Source: Chitinophagales bacterium
Lineage (GTDB): Bacteria > Bacteroidota > Bacteroidia > Chitinophagales > BACL12
Direction: 5' to 3'
DNA: 64,000 nucleotides
NCBI GenBank assembly: GCA_041751015.1
Contig: JBGSYF010000030.1
Location: 16,973 to 80,972 of the forward strand
The notes below the pieces were generated by a model, which was not told where the DNA came from, did no database searches, and saw only the letters and a program-made list of their open reading frames with translations. This document shows, one piece after another, positions 1-11,626 of the stretch (positions within the stretch are counted from its first letter, which is position 1; every line of letters starts with the position of its first letter). The position numbers were made by a program, and so were the translations under genes.

Positions 1-7
1 AAGGAAA

Positions 8-688
8 TTATTCTTCAGCGCCCCCTGCTTCAGCAGCCACCTCAGCGACCACCGGCTCAGCAATGGCAGCCTTGCTTTCAATAATCACGTAAGATCCCTT
101 GGCTCCGGGAACAGAACCCTTGATCAGCAACAAGTGCTGATCGGGCATGACCTTAAGCAGGGTCAGACCCTTGGTTTGTATGCTCACATTGCCCATCTGA
201 CCGGCCATGCGCATGCCCTTAAACACCTTGGAAGGGAAGGACGAAGCACCGATCGATCCGGGAGCGCGACCGCGGTTGTGCTGCCCGTGGGTGCGCATAC
301 CAACACCGCTAAAGCCGTGCCGGCGAACAACACCCTGAAAGCCCTTGCCCTTGGACACTCCGGTGACCACCAACTCCTCACCTGCGGCGAAGATGTCAGC
401 CTGCACCAGATCGCCTACCTGCAAGTCAGCCGGAAAGTCGCGAAACTCCGCCAGCTTCTTCTTGGGGCTCACACCGGCCTTCTTAAAATGACCAGCCATC
501 GGACTAGTTGTGTGCTTGTCCTTGGCGTCTCCAAAGCCCAGTTGCAGCGCATTGTAGCCATCGCCGGACTCCTCCTTTTTCTGCACAACCACGCAGGGAC
601 CCGCCTCGACCACCGTACAGACGTGCTGACGGCCATCTTCGGCAAAGTAGCTGGTCATGCCGACCTTTTTTCCAATTATGCCTTTCAT
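8..688 (-). CDS. rplC: 50S ribosomal protein L3
   Basis: [12 protein letters not shown] start, [13 protein letters not shown] and MRMAGQMG motifs; follows rpsJ; short acidic Ala/Glu C-terminal tail. Confidence 0.98.
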   Translation of the reverse strand: MKGIIGKKVGMTSYFAEDGRQHVCTVVEAGPCVVVQKKEESGDGYNALQLGFGDAKDKHTTSPMAGHFKKAGVSPKKKLAEFRDFPADLQVGDLVQADIFAAGEELVVTGVSKGKGFQGVVRRHGFSGVGMRTHGQHNRGRAPGSIGASSFPSKVFKGMRMAGQMGNVSIQTKGLTLLKVMPDQHLLLIKGSVPGAKGSYVIIESKAAIAEPVVAEVAAEAGGAEE

Positions 689-694
689 CGCTGA

Positions 695-1000
695 CTAGAC
701 TTTGATCTCAACATCCACACCACTGGGCAATTCCAACTTCATCAGCGCATCCACGGTCTTGCTCGTAGAGCTGTAGATGTCCAGGAGGCGCTTGTAAGTA
801 AAGAGCTGAAACTGCTCGCGGGCTTTTTTATTCACGTGAGGCGAACGCAGCACGGTGTAAATCTTCTTCTGCGTGGGCAGAGGAATAGGACCGGAAACCA
901 CGGCTCCTGTATTGCGAACAGTCTTCACGATTTTCTCGCTGGACTTGTCCACCAGATTGTGGTCGTAAGACCTGAGTTTGATTCGAATCTTTTGATTCAT
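695..1000 (-). CDS. rpsJ: 30S ribosomal protein S10
   Basis: [32 protein letters not shown]. Confidence 0.99.
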   Translation of the reverse strand: MNQKIRIKLRSYDHNLVDKSSEKIVKTVRNTGAVVSGPIPLPTQKKIYTVLRSPHVNKKAREQFQLFTYKRLLDIYSSTSKTVDALMKLELPSGVDVEIKV

Positions 1001-1017
1001 GACGCTGCGCTAGCGGG

Positions 1018-3123
<2,106 letters not shown>

Positions 3124-3148
3124 GTTGAATGGCCTTGTGGCTGTCTGA

Positions 3149-3616
3149 TTAGACGCGGAAGTGGCTGAACGCTTTGTTCGATTCGGCCATCTTATGCGTG
3201 TCTTCCTTTCTTTTAATGGTAGCGCCCTCTCCTTTTGATGCGGCGATCAACTCCGAAGAGAGTTTCTCGGCCATGGAACGACCAGAGCGCTTGCGGGCAA
3301 AACTGATCAACCATTTCATCGACATCGAAGTGCGGCGCTCCGGGCGTATCTCAATCGGAATCTGAAAGGTGGCTCCACCGATGCGGCGGCTCTTCACCTC
3401 CACATTTGGCGTGGCATTCTGCAATGCCCTCTTCCAGATCTCATGACCATTTTCCTTGGTCACCTCTTCAATGCGATCCATCGCATCGTAGAAGATGGAA
3501 AAGCTGGTGCTCTTCTTACCCGCGTACATCAAATTGTTGACGAACTGGGTAACCTGGGGATCTCCATAGCGGGGATCCGGGGCCAGTGGGCGCTTTTTGG
3601 CTTTAGTCTTCCTCAT
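3149..3616 (-). CDS. rpsG: 30S ribosomal protein S7
   Basis: [15 protein letters not shown] and [14 protein letters not shown] motifs. Confidence 0.99.
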   Translation of the reverse strand: MRKTKAKKRPLAPDPRYGDPQVTQFVNNLMYAGKKSTSFSIFYDAMDRIEEVTKENGHEIWKRALQNATPNVEVKSRRIGGATFQIPIEIRPERRTSMSMKWLISFARKRSGRSMAEKLSSELIAASKGEGATIKRKEDTHKMAESNKAFSHFRV

Positions 3617-3661
3617 CGGTTCTTAGCTCAATCGGGGCTGTTCAGGACCCCTAAGCGTTAA

Positions 3662-4081
3662 TTATTTCTTCTTTCCTCCTCCTTTGGCGGCTGCAGCGGC
3701 GGCGGCACCTGCCTTGGGTCGTTTGGTGCCGTACTTGGAACGGCTCTTTTTGCGATCGTTAACCCCGGCCGTATCCAACGCGCCGCGGACAATGTGGTAA
3801 CGCACACCGGGAAGGTCCTTCACCCTTCCACCCCGAATGAGCACAATGCTGTGCTCCTGCAGGTTGTGACCTTCGCCCGGAATATAGGCGATCACCTCTG
3901 TGGAATTGGTCAGACGCACCTTGGCCACCTTGCGCAGAGCCGAATTCGGCTTCTTGGGCGTGGTGGTGTAAACGCGCGTACAGACCCCTCTTTTCTGGGG
4001 GCAACTGTCCAGGGCCCGCGACTTACTCGCAGTTTGAATGACATTCCGGCCCTTGCGGACCAATTGTTGGATGGTAGGCAT
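3662..4081 (-). CDS. rpsL: 30S ribosomal protein S12
   Basis: [35 protein letters not shown]; Ala/Lys-rich C-terminal extension. Confidence 0.99.
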   Translation of the reverse strand: MPTIQQLVRKGRNVIQTASKSRALDSCPQKRGVCTRVYTTTPKKPNSALRKVAKVRLTNSTEVIAYIPGEGHNLQEHSIVLIRGGRVKDLPGVRYHIVRGALDTAGVNDRKKSRSKYGTKRPKAGAAAAAAAKGGGKKK

Positions 4082-4103
4082 ACAACCTCAAATTTTGGGA
4101 CGG

Positions 4104-4134
4104 CAAAGATAAGGAGACAAAGGGAGAAGGCAAA
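4104..4134 (-). promoter_or_regulatory. Proximal Bacteroidota housekeeping promoter of the str operon
   Basis: Minus strand TTTG (4134-4131), 19-nt spacer, TATCTTTG (4111-4104), ending 22 nt upstream of the rpsL ATG. Confidence 0.85.
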
Positions 4135-4372
4135 GGGCTACCGGAAGCAAATGTGCTTTCGCGATCAACTCCTTGTCCGGCTCGACTTTGGGCCCGTCTT
4201 TATAGCTTACTGTTCTGCAACAGTGAGACCCCGCCTGCAACAAGCTCATCAATACCCCTCACGCGGAAAACATCAAACAAAAACCCGGAAAATGCTGACA
4301 ATCAGTGTCTTTTGACCCCGTTTTCAGCCCGGGCAATCGCCTTATGAGGCACCGTAATACGGATTCCTCCGG

Positions 4373-4392
4373 TTTGGGACGGCAAAGATAAG
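4373..4392 (-). promoter_or_regulatory. Distal -7 promoter element of the str operon (exact 20-bp copy of 4094-4113)
   Basis: TTTGGGACGGCAAAGATAAG occurs identically at 4094-4113 and 4373-4392 and contains TATCTTTG on the minus strand; no canonical -33 box at the usual spacing. Confidence 0.6.
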
Positions 4393-4484
4393 TTACTTGA
4401 GTGGATAATTGGTGTTATCAACAAGGTAAAAAAGCACAAAAGCAGCGCCATGTGCAGGGCTTTCGGTTTTGTAGCTTTGGGGCC

Positions 4485-5786
4485 ATGAAGTACCGCCCTA
4501 TTTCGCCAGAACTGTTCCGCAGCAACCGCGAGCGCTTCTGCGCGCAGCTCCCGCGCGGCTCCCTGGCCGTCATCGTGTCCAACGACGAGATGCCGCGCTC
4601 CGGCGATGCCAATTTCCCCTTTCGCCAAAACCCCGATCTGTTCTACCTCTGCGGCATCGATCAGGAGCAAACCATGCTCATCCTCTATCCGGATGCCCCT
4701 GACCCCAAGCACCGCGAAATCCTCTTCTTGCGCCAGACCAATGAGCACATCAAGGTCTGGGAGGGACATAAATTCACTCAGGACGAAGGGCGGCAGATCT
4801 CCGGCATCGAGCAGGTGAAATGGAATTCGGAGTTTGAAGCTCTGCTCAACATGCTCATACACCGGGCCGAAAGGCTTTACCTGGGCAGCAACGAGAATGA
4901 TCGGTCCGCCAATCCGGTCGGCGACGGTGCCCATCGCTTTGCGCTGATGCTCAGGGAGCGTTTTCCCCTGCACGAATTCCGGCGCGCCGCTCCCCTGCTG
5001 ACCGATCTGCGCATGGTCAAATCGGCGCATGAAGTGGAGCTGATCCGCGAGGCCTGTTCCATCACCGAAAAGGCATTCAGGCGGGTGCTGGAGTTTGTCC
5101 GCCCCGGGGTGATGGAGTACGACATCGAAGCCGAAATCATCCATGAATTCCTGATCAACCGCGCCACCGGTCACGCCTACAGTCCCATCATTGCCTCGGG
5201 TGCCGACTCCAACATCCTCCATTATAACAGCAACAACAAAAGTTGCCAGGCCGGGGACCTTTTGCTGATGGACTTTGGCGCCGAGTACGCCAATTACAAC
5301 GCCGACATGACGCGCACCATTCCGGTCAGCGGCTCCTTCACGGATCGGCAGCGGGCGGTTTACGATGCCGTCCTTCGCGTCATGCGCCAGGCCAGCGCTA
5401 TGCTCCGCCCCGGAACCCAGCTTCAGGAGTACAATCTCGAGGTGGGCCGGATGATGGAATCCGAGCTCATTGCGCTGGGCTTACTCAAGCGCCAGGACGT
5501 TGAGAATCAGGACCCTGACTCACCCTTATACAAGAAATACTTCATGCACGGTACCAGTCACTACCTGGGTCTGGATGTGCACGACATCGGCAACCGATAC
5601 GGGGTGGTTCAACAGGGCAATGTCTTCACCGTCGAGCCGGGGATCTACCTGCCCGATGAAGGTTTTGGCATTCGCCTGGAGAACAACGTGCTGGTCACTG
5701 ATGGGGATCCTATTGACCTGATGGCCGACATTCCCCTGGAAGCAGAGGAGATTGAGAGCTTGATGAACGCCGCCGTCCGTGGATAA
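4485..5786 (+). CDS. pepP: Xaa-Pro aminopeptidase (M24B)
   Basis: FRQNPDLFYL N-domain, DFGAEY..YNADMTRT, HGTSHYLGLDVHD, TVEPGIY, GIRLE metal ligands; start moved to ATG 4485, just after TAGCTTTG (4472-4479). Confidence 0.93.
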   Translation: MKYRPISPELFRSNRERFCAQLPRGSLAVIVSNDEMPRSGDANFPFRQNPDLFYLCGIDQEQTMLILYPDAPDPKHREILFLRQTNEHIKVWEGHKFTQDEGRQISGIEQVKWNSEFEALLNMLIHRAERLYLGSNENDRSANPVGDGAHRFALMLRERFPLHEFRRAAPLLTDLRMVKSAHEVELIREACSITEKAFRRVLEFVRPGVMEYDIEAEIIHEFLINRATGHAYSPIIASGADSNILHYNSNNKSCQAGDLLLMDFGAEYANYNADMTRTIPVSGSFTDRQRAVYDAVLRVMRQASAMLRPGTQLQEYNLEVGRMMESELIALGLLKRQDVENQDPDSPLYKKYFMHGTSHYLGLDVHDIGNRYGVVQQGNVFTVEPGIYLPDEGFGIRLENNVLVTDGDPIDLMADIPLEAEEIESLMNAAVRG

Positions 5787-6582
5787 GATCATCCGTCAGA
5801 TCCCCAACTTCTTCACCCTGGCCAACCTGTTCATCGGGTGCATGGCCATTGTGTATCTCTACTATGACCACCTCTACATCTATGTCGGGGGAAAGGTGGC
5901 CGCCGTTGATATGCCCCGGGTAGCGATGGCCTGTTACCTGGTCTTTGCCGCGGCCGCCCTGGACTTTGTGGATGGCTTTCTGGCCCGGGTGCTCAGGGCG
6001 CAGAGCGAAATGGGCAAGCAACTCGACTCCCTGGCCGATCTGGTCACCTTCGGGCTGGTTCCCGGACTGATGCTCTTCCAACTCACCGCCCAGGCCTACT
6101 ATGTCAGCTATGACGCCTTTTCGGTGCCCATTGCCCTTTTCGCCACCGGTTTTGCCGTCACCCTGGGGGCCGCCTGGAGGCTGGCGCGCTTCAACATAGA
6201 CGATACCCCGCGCAGCGGATTCAGCGGACTTCCCACCCCGGCGATGGCCATGTTTGTGGCCTCGCTGCCCCTGATTGTGCTCAGCGATACGGGATCGGTT
6301 GGCGAACTGTTAAACAACAAATGGGTGCTCATTGGCATCAGCGCTGGCCTGACCGCCCTGATGACCTCGGACCTTCCCCTGCTCAGTCTCAAGTTTGGCC
6401 GGTTCAGCCTGAAAGAGTACCCCTGGCAGATCGGGGGCATGTTGAGTGGCTGGGCCCTTTTGTTAATCGCTATCTTTATCCTGAAGCTCGGCTGGCTGAG
6501 CATCCCCCTGTGCTTTTTCTGGTACCTGGCCCTGTCCATAGGGCACAACCTAAGCCGCCCATCCCGCAACCCTTCCACCTGA
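5779..6582 (+). CDS. pssA: CDP-alcohol phosphatidyltransferase (phosphatidylserine synthase-like)
   Basis: IPNFFTLANL and DFVDGFLAR...GKQLDSLADLVTFG signature; RLARFN; multiple TM segments. Confidence 0.88.
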   Translation: MDKIIRQIPNFFTLANLFIGCMAIVYLYYDHLYIYVGGKVAAVDMPRVAMACYLVFAAAALDFVDGFLARVLRAQSEMGKQLDSLADLVTFGLVPGLMLFQLTAQAYYVSYDAFSVPIALFATGFAVTLGAAWRLARFNIDDTPRSGFSGLPTPAMAMFVASLPLIVLSDTGSVGELLNNKWVLIGISAGLTALMTSDLPLLSLKFGRFSLKEYPWQIGGMLSGWALLLIAIFILKLGWLSIPLCFFWYLALSIGHNLSRPSRNPST

Positions 6583-6622
6583 ACACCTCGCCTGCACGAG
6601 CAGGCGCCCAAGAAGCAAAACC

Positions 6623-6892
6623 ATGACCTTTAAAGCCTACCTCAACATCATGCCCCATCCTGAATTGCTCGACCCCCAGGGCAAGGCCGTAGCCGGGAGC
6701 ATGAAGCACCTCAAGCTCGGCAACATCAGCGATGTGCGCATCGGAAAGCGCATCGAACTAACGCTCAGCGCGGGCTCCGAAGAAGAGGCCGGCAGCCTGG
6801 TTCAGCAAGCCTGTGAGAAGCTCTTGGCCAACCAAATCATGGAGCATTTTGAGTACCGCATCGAGCGGCAAGTAGAGGAACCAGCAGTTTAA
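6623..6892 (+). CDS. purS: Phosphoribosylformylglycinamidine synthase subunit PurS
   Basis: LLDPQGKAV, VRIGKRIEL, CEKLLANQIME. Confidence 0.96.
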   Translation: MTFKAYLNIMPHPELLDPQGKAVAGSMKHLKLGNISDVRIGKRIELTLSAGSEEEAGSLVQQACEKLLANQIMEHFEYRIERQVEEPAV

Positions 6893-6940
6893 ACAAATGG
6901 CTTAATCATCCTCATCTAAAAAACTCAGCAAGAGCAGATT

Positions 6941-7756
6941 ATGTCATCAAGTCGAAAGGCTTCCCGGACCTCTTCCCAGGCCCCCTTCGACCCGATGATG
7001 CCAGAGCCGGACGAAGGAGCCGAGGCGCTCAAAGCTGAGCCCTTGCGCGCGCATACCCGTATGCCGGCGGACGCCGCCAAAGGCCGATTGATTCTGCTGC
7101 CCGGTCCCATTGGCAATCTCGAAGACATCACCTTAAGGGCTTTGAGAGTATTGAAAGAGAGCCCGCATATCCTGGCCGAAGACACCCGAAGCGCCCGCCG
7201 CCTGCTCGATCACTTTGGCATCTCCACCCGGGCCGAAGCTCATCATCTGCACAACGAACACCGGCAGACACCCGCCCTGGTGGAGCGCATGCTGGGCGGT
7301 CAGCAGATCGTCCTGCTCAGCGATGCGGGCACCCCGGGCATCTCCGATCCGGGCTTCTTTCTGGTCAGAGCATGCCGGCAGGCCGGTGTTCCGGTGGAAT
7401 GTCTTCCCGGACCCACCGCCTTCGTTCCTGCCCTGGTCAGCAGCGGCATTCCCTGCGATCGCTTTGTCTTTGAGGGCTTTCTTCCGCCCAAGAAAGGGCG
7501 CAACACCAGGCTGGCAGCCATAGCTCAGGAAAGGCGCAGCGTCGTGATCTACGAAAGTCCCCATCGCCTGCTTCGCTGCCTGAAGGAGCTTGCCGAACAT
7601 TGCGGACCCGATCGGGTCGCCGGAGTTTTCCGCGAACTGAGCAAGATTCACGAGGAACACTTCATTGGCCCCCTGCATGAACTGATCAGCGACTTTGAGC
7701 AAAGAGCCTCCATCAAGGGCGAGATTGTTCTGGTTCTCAGCGGCTCTGAAGCTTGA
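6941..7756 (+). CDS. rsmI: 16S rRNA (cytidine1402-2'-O)-methyltransferase; true start may be ATG 7061
   Basis: PIGNLEDITLRA, AEDTR, LSDAGTPGISDPG, FEGFLP, YESPHRL, RELSKIHEE. Confidence 0.96.
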   Translation: MSSSRKASRTSSQAPFDPMMPEPDEGAEALKAEPLRAHTRMPADAAKGRLILLPGPIGNLEDITLRALRVLKESPHILAEDTRSARRLLDHFGISTRAEAHHLHNEHRQTPALVERMLGGQQIVLLSDAGTPGISDPGFFLVRACRQAGVPVECLPGPTAFVPALVSSGIPCDRFVFEGFLPPKKGRNTRLAAIAQERRSVVIYESPHRLLRCLKELAEHCGPDRVAGVFRELSKIHEEHFIGPLHELISDFEQRASIKGEIVLVLSGSEA

Positions 7757-7887
7757 AGCAAGCCTCAAAATGAGCCTCGCTTTTTCCACATTTCGAAACT
7801 TGTTTTCATGTTTCTTTTAACATGTGTGCAGCGTTTAGTAAATTTATGGCCCACTTCAACTCTTTTGTCTTCTCAAAACCAGCCTCG

Positions 7888-9975
7888 ATGAATCACTTGA
7901 TACCCAGTTTTAAAGCCCTTAAACTCTTCATGCTCAGTCTGAGCTTTGGAGCTATAGCTCTGGTCAGCAGCCTCCCACTTCACGCGCAAATGGCCCGCAA
8001 GCAGCCTATGATGGAGCATTTTACCAATGCCTCCTGCGGTCCTTGTGCATCCCAAAATCCCCTCTTCGAGCCAGTGAGGGAGGCATTTCTCGGTTCGGCC
8101 AATCACGTGGCCTATCACACCTCCTGGCCCGGTACCGACCCTATGTACACCGCCAATGCGGCCGAGAATAACGCCATGGTCGCCGTTTATGGTGTGACAG
8201 GTGTACCCTCCATGATTCTTGACGGCGTCAATATCGGAGGTCCGGCTGGAGTTTCTGCTCAGACGCTGGAAAATGCCATCGCTCAGGGCAGCCCAATTCG
8301 GGTTCGGGTTGAGGAAAGCGGCACTACATCCCGCATGGTTGCTGTTCATGTGGATGGAGTTGGGGAGATTCCCTCTGGAACTTACCGACTCAGGGTACTG
8401 GTCATAGAAGACCCCAAGAACTACCTCAGTCCTCCCGGCAGCAACGGGGAGCGCAATTTCCCCAATGTATTCCGGAAGGCCCTTCCCGGAACGACAGGTA
8501 CGATCATTAGCCTTCCTGAATCAGGCAATACCGAAAGCTGGGGCTTCGAATACACGGTAGATCCCACCTGGGATGAAGCCAACACTTTTGTGGTGGCCTA
8601 TGTGCAAAACACCCTGACCAGGGAGGTACTCAACTCCGGCAGTTCACGATCTGCCCGCTATGAGCTGGCACCCGGTGCGGCACCGCTCTTTCAACCGGGC
8701 AATACCACCTCAGTTTTCCTCGGTGAGTTGCTGGAATTTGGAACCGGCACCGAGAGCCTGAAGATCTCTCTGAGTGCCGACCAACCCACGGCTGATGACT
8801 GGAATGCCACCTTGTACGTCAATGACAGCCCTTTCACGAGCGGCACTGACCTGACCATGAACGGCGGAGAAGTTGCCAGCATCAGATTGGACGTTACCTC
8901 TTATGACACACCCGGCATTGGCGAGTATTCGCTTGAAGTGAGCTCCAATGACAATCCTTCGCTGGCTCCTCAGCGCCTGCAATTTGTGGTAGTCAACAAC
9001 ATCACGGATTTGATTGTCAACTCCGGAGAGGGCTTTGGCGACGGAACTGCACCCGGATCTTATGATACTTACTTTCCCTTTACCGGCGGATTGGCTGCTA
9101 CAGGGCGTGAAACCCGCGCAAGCATGAGCCATTTCACCTTTGTCAGAGCCCTGCCCAGCGGAGTACTGGATGCTGTTCCCAATGTTTACTACAATGCCTC
9201 ATGGACCTTCCCGGCCATGTCCAATGAAAAGGTTGAGGCCTTCATGGACTTCCTGGATCGGGGGGGCAATCTCTTTATCAGCGGTCAGGATCTGGCCTGG
9301 GAGATCATGGACGCAGGCTCTCCTTATGGAACTCCTGTGAATCGCAATTTCTTCCTCAATTACCTCAAAGGCCTTTACACCGCAGACGGCTCTCCCGCCA
9401 CGACCAGCCTTAGCTTCAGCGATGGGGATACCTGGTTTGGCACTGCGGGTTCCAGTTCCATCAACCCTCTTTATGGCGCGGGCAATGTGTATCCGGATGA
9501 GATTCGCCCCAGCGGTCCGGAGGCTGTAGGCATCATGTACTACAACGGAGATCCTTCGCGTATTGGAGGTCTGCGCACGGAGGCAGATGGCTATAAGATG
9601 GTCTGGCTGGGCACGGGACTGGAGATGTTCGGTGACCAAACTGTTGCACGCGAAGTGGTTCAGTTGGCCCATGATTATTTCTGGAATGACCTGAGTGGGT
9701 TGGAGTTCGATGAGCTGCTCGCTGCAGCACTGCTGGGCCAGAACGCGCCAAATCCAGCCAACACCTACACGATCATTCCACTGTATGACTGGAACAGCGA
9801 TGGTGTGCTGAGGCTCAGCGACCTCCACGGCCGCCAGCTCAGAGAGATTCAGGTCAGCCCCGGTCAAAATCGGGTTGAACTGGATTTGAGCGGACTTTCC
9901 AACGGTCTTTACCTCTATACCCTGAGCGACGGGCAGCGCAGTACATCCGCCAAAAAGTTGACGGTTTTGCGCTAA
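7888..9975 (+). CDS. T9SS type-A cargo protein with N-terminal Omp28-like/thioredoxin-fold CxxC domain
   Basis: Signal peptide; EHFTNASCGPC, YHTSWPGTDP, GVTGVPSMILDG; C-terminal NAPNP...GLYLY...KKLTVLR CTD; start could be 7930. Confidence 0.85.
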   Translation: MNHLIPSFKALKLFMLSLSFGAIALVSSLPLHAQMARKQPMMEHFTNASCGPCASQNPLFEPVREAFLGSANHVAYHTSWPGTDPMYTANAAENNAMVAVYGVTGVPSMILDGVNIGGPAGVSAQTLENAIAQGSPIRVRVEESGTTSRMVAVHVDGVGEIPSGTYRLRVLVIEDPKNYLSPPGSNGERNFPNVFRKALPGTTGTIISLPESGNTESWGFEYTVDPTWDEANTFVVAYVQNTLTREVLNSGSSRSARYELAPGAAPLFQPGNTTSVFLGELLEFGTGTESLKISLSADQPTADDWNATLYVNDSPFTSGTDLTMNGGEVASIRLDVTSYDTPGIGEYSLEVSSNDNPSLAPQRLQFVVVNNITDLIVNSGEGFGDGTAPGSYDTYFPFTGGLAATGRETRASMSHFTFVRALPSGVLDAVPNVYYNASWTFPAMSNEKVEAFMDFLDRGGNLFISGQDLAWEIMDAGSPYGTPVNRNFFLNYLKGLYTADGSPATTSLSFSDGDTWFGTAGSSSINPLYGAGNVYPDEIRPSGPEAVGIMYYNGDPSRIGGLRTEADGYKMVWLGTGLEMFGDQTVAREVVQLAHDYFWNDLSGLEFDELLAAALLGQNAPNPANTYTIIPLYDWNSDGVLRLSDLHGRQLREIQVSPGQNRVELDLSGLSNGLYLYTLSDGQRSTSAKKLTVLR

Positions 9976-10025
9976 AACGCTATCTTTCCCACGATAATGT
10001 CTGGTCAGACACCTCAAATCAGACC

Positions 10026-10763
10026 ATGAAAAAACTCTATACCCTTAGCTTTCTCATAATCAGCGCCTTGTGGAGTGCTAATACGGCATCCGCACAGGGA
10101 TTGACGCTCAACATAGAACCCTGCGGTCAGGAGATGGACGGCAATGTCTGGGATTTAACCAAGTTACCGGCAGATCTTACCCACAGCGGCAGTACCACCA
10201 TCAATGTTGCCTGGGAACGCCTTTCTGTGGATATGCCAGAAGAGTGGTCAACAGCCGTTTGTGACCCCAACCAGTGTTATGCACCCATGGCCGATCAACC
10301 ACTTGGTCCTGGATCTGTGCTCATTCCCTTCAGTATGGATGCGGGAAGCACGGTGACCGGAGCGGAATTCTACGTTCAGTTTATCCCCAACGGAGTTTCG
10401 GGGAGCGGATCAGTCAGCCTTCGCGTTTATGAGGTGGGCAATCCCAACAACAGCCTGACTTGCAACTACACCTTCAATGCTCTGGCTACCAGTATTGGCC
10501 ATGTTCAGGCCTCTACCCCGCTGAGCATCTTCCCCAACCCCATTCACCAGACCATGCGGGTCAACGCCGCAACCGGAATGCCCATTAGCTCGGTTGAGAT
10601 TTATTCTATCGTAGGACGGATGATTCGCAAGATCGAACTGGGCGCTGAGCGTCAGAGTTTTGAACTCGACCTCGGAGGCCTGAAAGAGGGTATGTACTTT
10701 GCCCGTTTCATGAATAAGGACAACGAACTGGTGGAGTCCAGACGTTTTTCCAAGGTTAACTGA
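10026..10763 (+). CDS. Small T9SS type-A cargo protein with CxxxxC motif
   Basis: MKKLYTLS signal peptide; WSTAVCDPNQCY; IFPNP...YSIVGR...EGMYF...RRFSKVN CTD. Confidence 0.85.
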   Translation: MKKLYTLSFLIISALWSANTASAQGLTLNIEPCGQEMDGNVWDLTKLPADLTHSGSTTINVAWERLSVDMPEEWSTAVCDPNQCYAPMADQPLGPGSVLIPFSMDAGSTVTGAEFYVQFIPNGVSGSGSVSLRVYEVGNPNNSLTCNYTFNALATSIGHVQASTPLSIFPNPIHQTMRVNAATGMPISSVEIYSIVGRMIRKIELGAERQSFELDLGGLKEGMYFARFMNKDNELVESRRFSKVN

Positions 10764-10820
10764 TCAGTTCAACGAATCAGATTCAGGCGTCAGACTGACG
10801 CTTCAATGATTGATAGACAC

Positions 10821-10857
10821 AAAAAAACCGCCAGGATGTTCCTGGCGGTTTTTTTTT
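10821..10857. terminator. Bidirectional intrinsic terminator
   Basis: A7-CCGCCAGGA-tgt-TCCTGGCGG-T9 between convergent genes. Confidence 0.92.
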
Positions 10858-10871
10858 GTTTGATATGCGAT

Positions 10872-11399
10872 TCACTTACCCTTGCCAGCCATCTTAGCCA
10901 GCTCATCTTCCAATAAGTACTCATCGCCATCCACGTAACCGGCGTGCCGGCTGACGATCTTGCCTTCCTGATCAACAATGACCGTGAAGGGCACCTGCTG
11001 GAAATTGAGTTTTTGCTTGAGGATGCCATTGATGTCCACCAGCACATCATAGTCCCATCCCTGCCCATCCACATAAGCCTTTACCTTGGCCTTGTTGCGG
11101 GCATCATCGATGGAAATGGCCACCAATTCCATGTTGTAATCCTTCTGCCAATCTTCATACATTGGCGCAATGTTGTTGAGCTCCTTTTTGCAGGGAGTGC
11201 ACCAGGTAGCCCAGAAGTTCAGGACGGTTATCTTTCCGTTGCCGGCATAGCGATTGATGTCAACGCGCTCCCCATTGACATCTTGCAAACTGGCGTCGGG
11301 TAGTCTGTCTTGTGCCTGTGTAGTGAATGGTAGAAGCGCAAAAACAATGACGCTCAATCCGCAACGTATGCGGGAGCGAAAGGATTGATGGTTTATCAT
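10872..11399 (-). CDS. TlpA-family thiol-disulfide oxidoreductase (exported)
   Basis: Signal peptide; LNFWATWCTPCKKEL, AISID, cis-Pro motif QVPFT. Confidence 0.92.
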   Translation of the reverse strand: MINHQSFRSRIRCGLSVIVFALLPFTTQAQDRLPDASLQDVNGERVDINRYAGNGKITVLNFWATWCTPCKKELNNIAPMYEDWQKDYNMELVAISIDDARNKAKVKAYVDGQGWDYDVLVDINGILKQKLNFQQVPFTVIVDQEGKIVSRHAGYVDGDEYLLEDELAKMAGKGK

Positions 11400-11440
11400 G
11401 TATTGAGTGAGTTTCTTTTGGGGTTTTGGACATCAAATGT

Positions 11441-11455
11441 TCAAATTTCGTGCCA
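11441..11455 (-). promoter_or_regulatory. Candidate sigma-54 (-24/-12) promoter upstream of the TlpA gene
   Basis: Minus strand TGGCACG-AAAT-TTGA versus consensus TGGCACG-N4-TTGC; 41 nt upstream of the ATG. Confidence 0.55.
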
Positions 11456-11626
11456 TACGGGCGATTTCAGAACCCAGTGACCACTTAGGAGCCTTAAACT
11501 ACAAAAAAGGAGCAGCATCTGAGCCGAACTGCGCTCCAAAATCATGCAAACAGTTGCCTAAAGCTTCAGATTGAAGCATTTGGAACTTTATAAAACCCGA
11601 TTGCCGGACTACTTTTAGGCCTCCGC

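Noticed and set aside
1001-1017. tufA missing between fusA and rpsJ
   Set aside because: Usual gene order in Bacteroidota; not unusual
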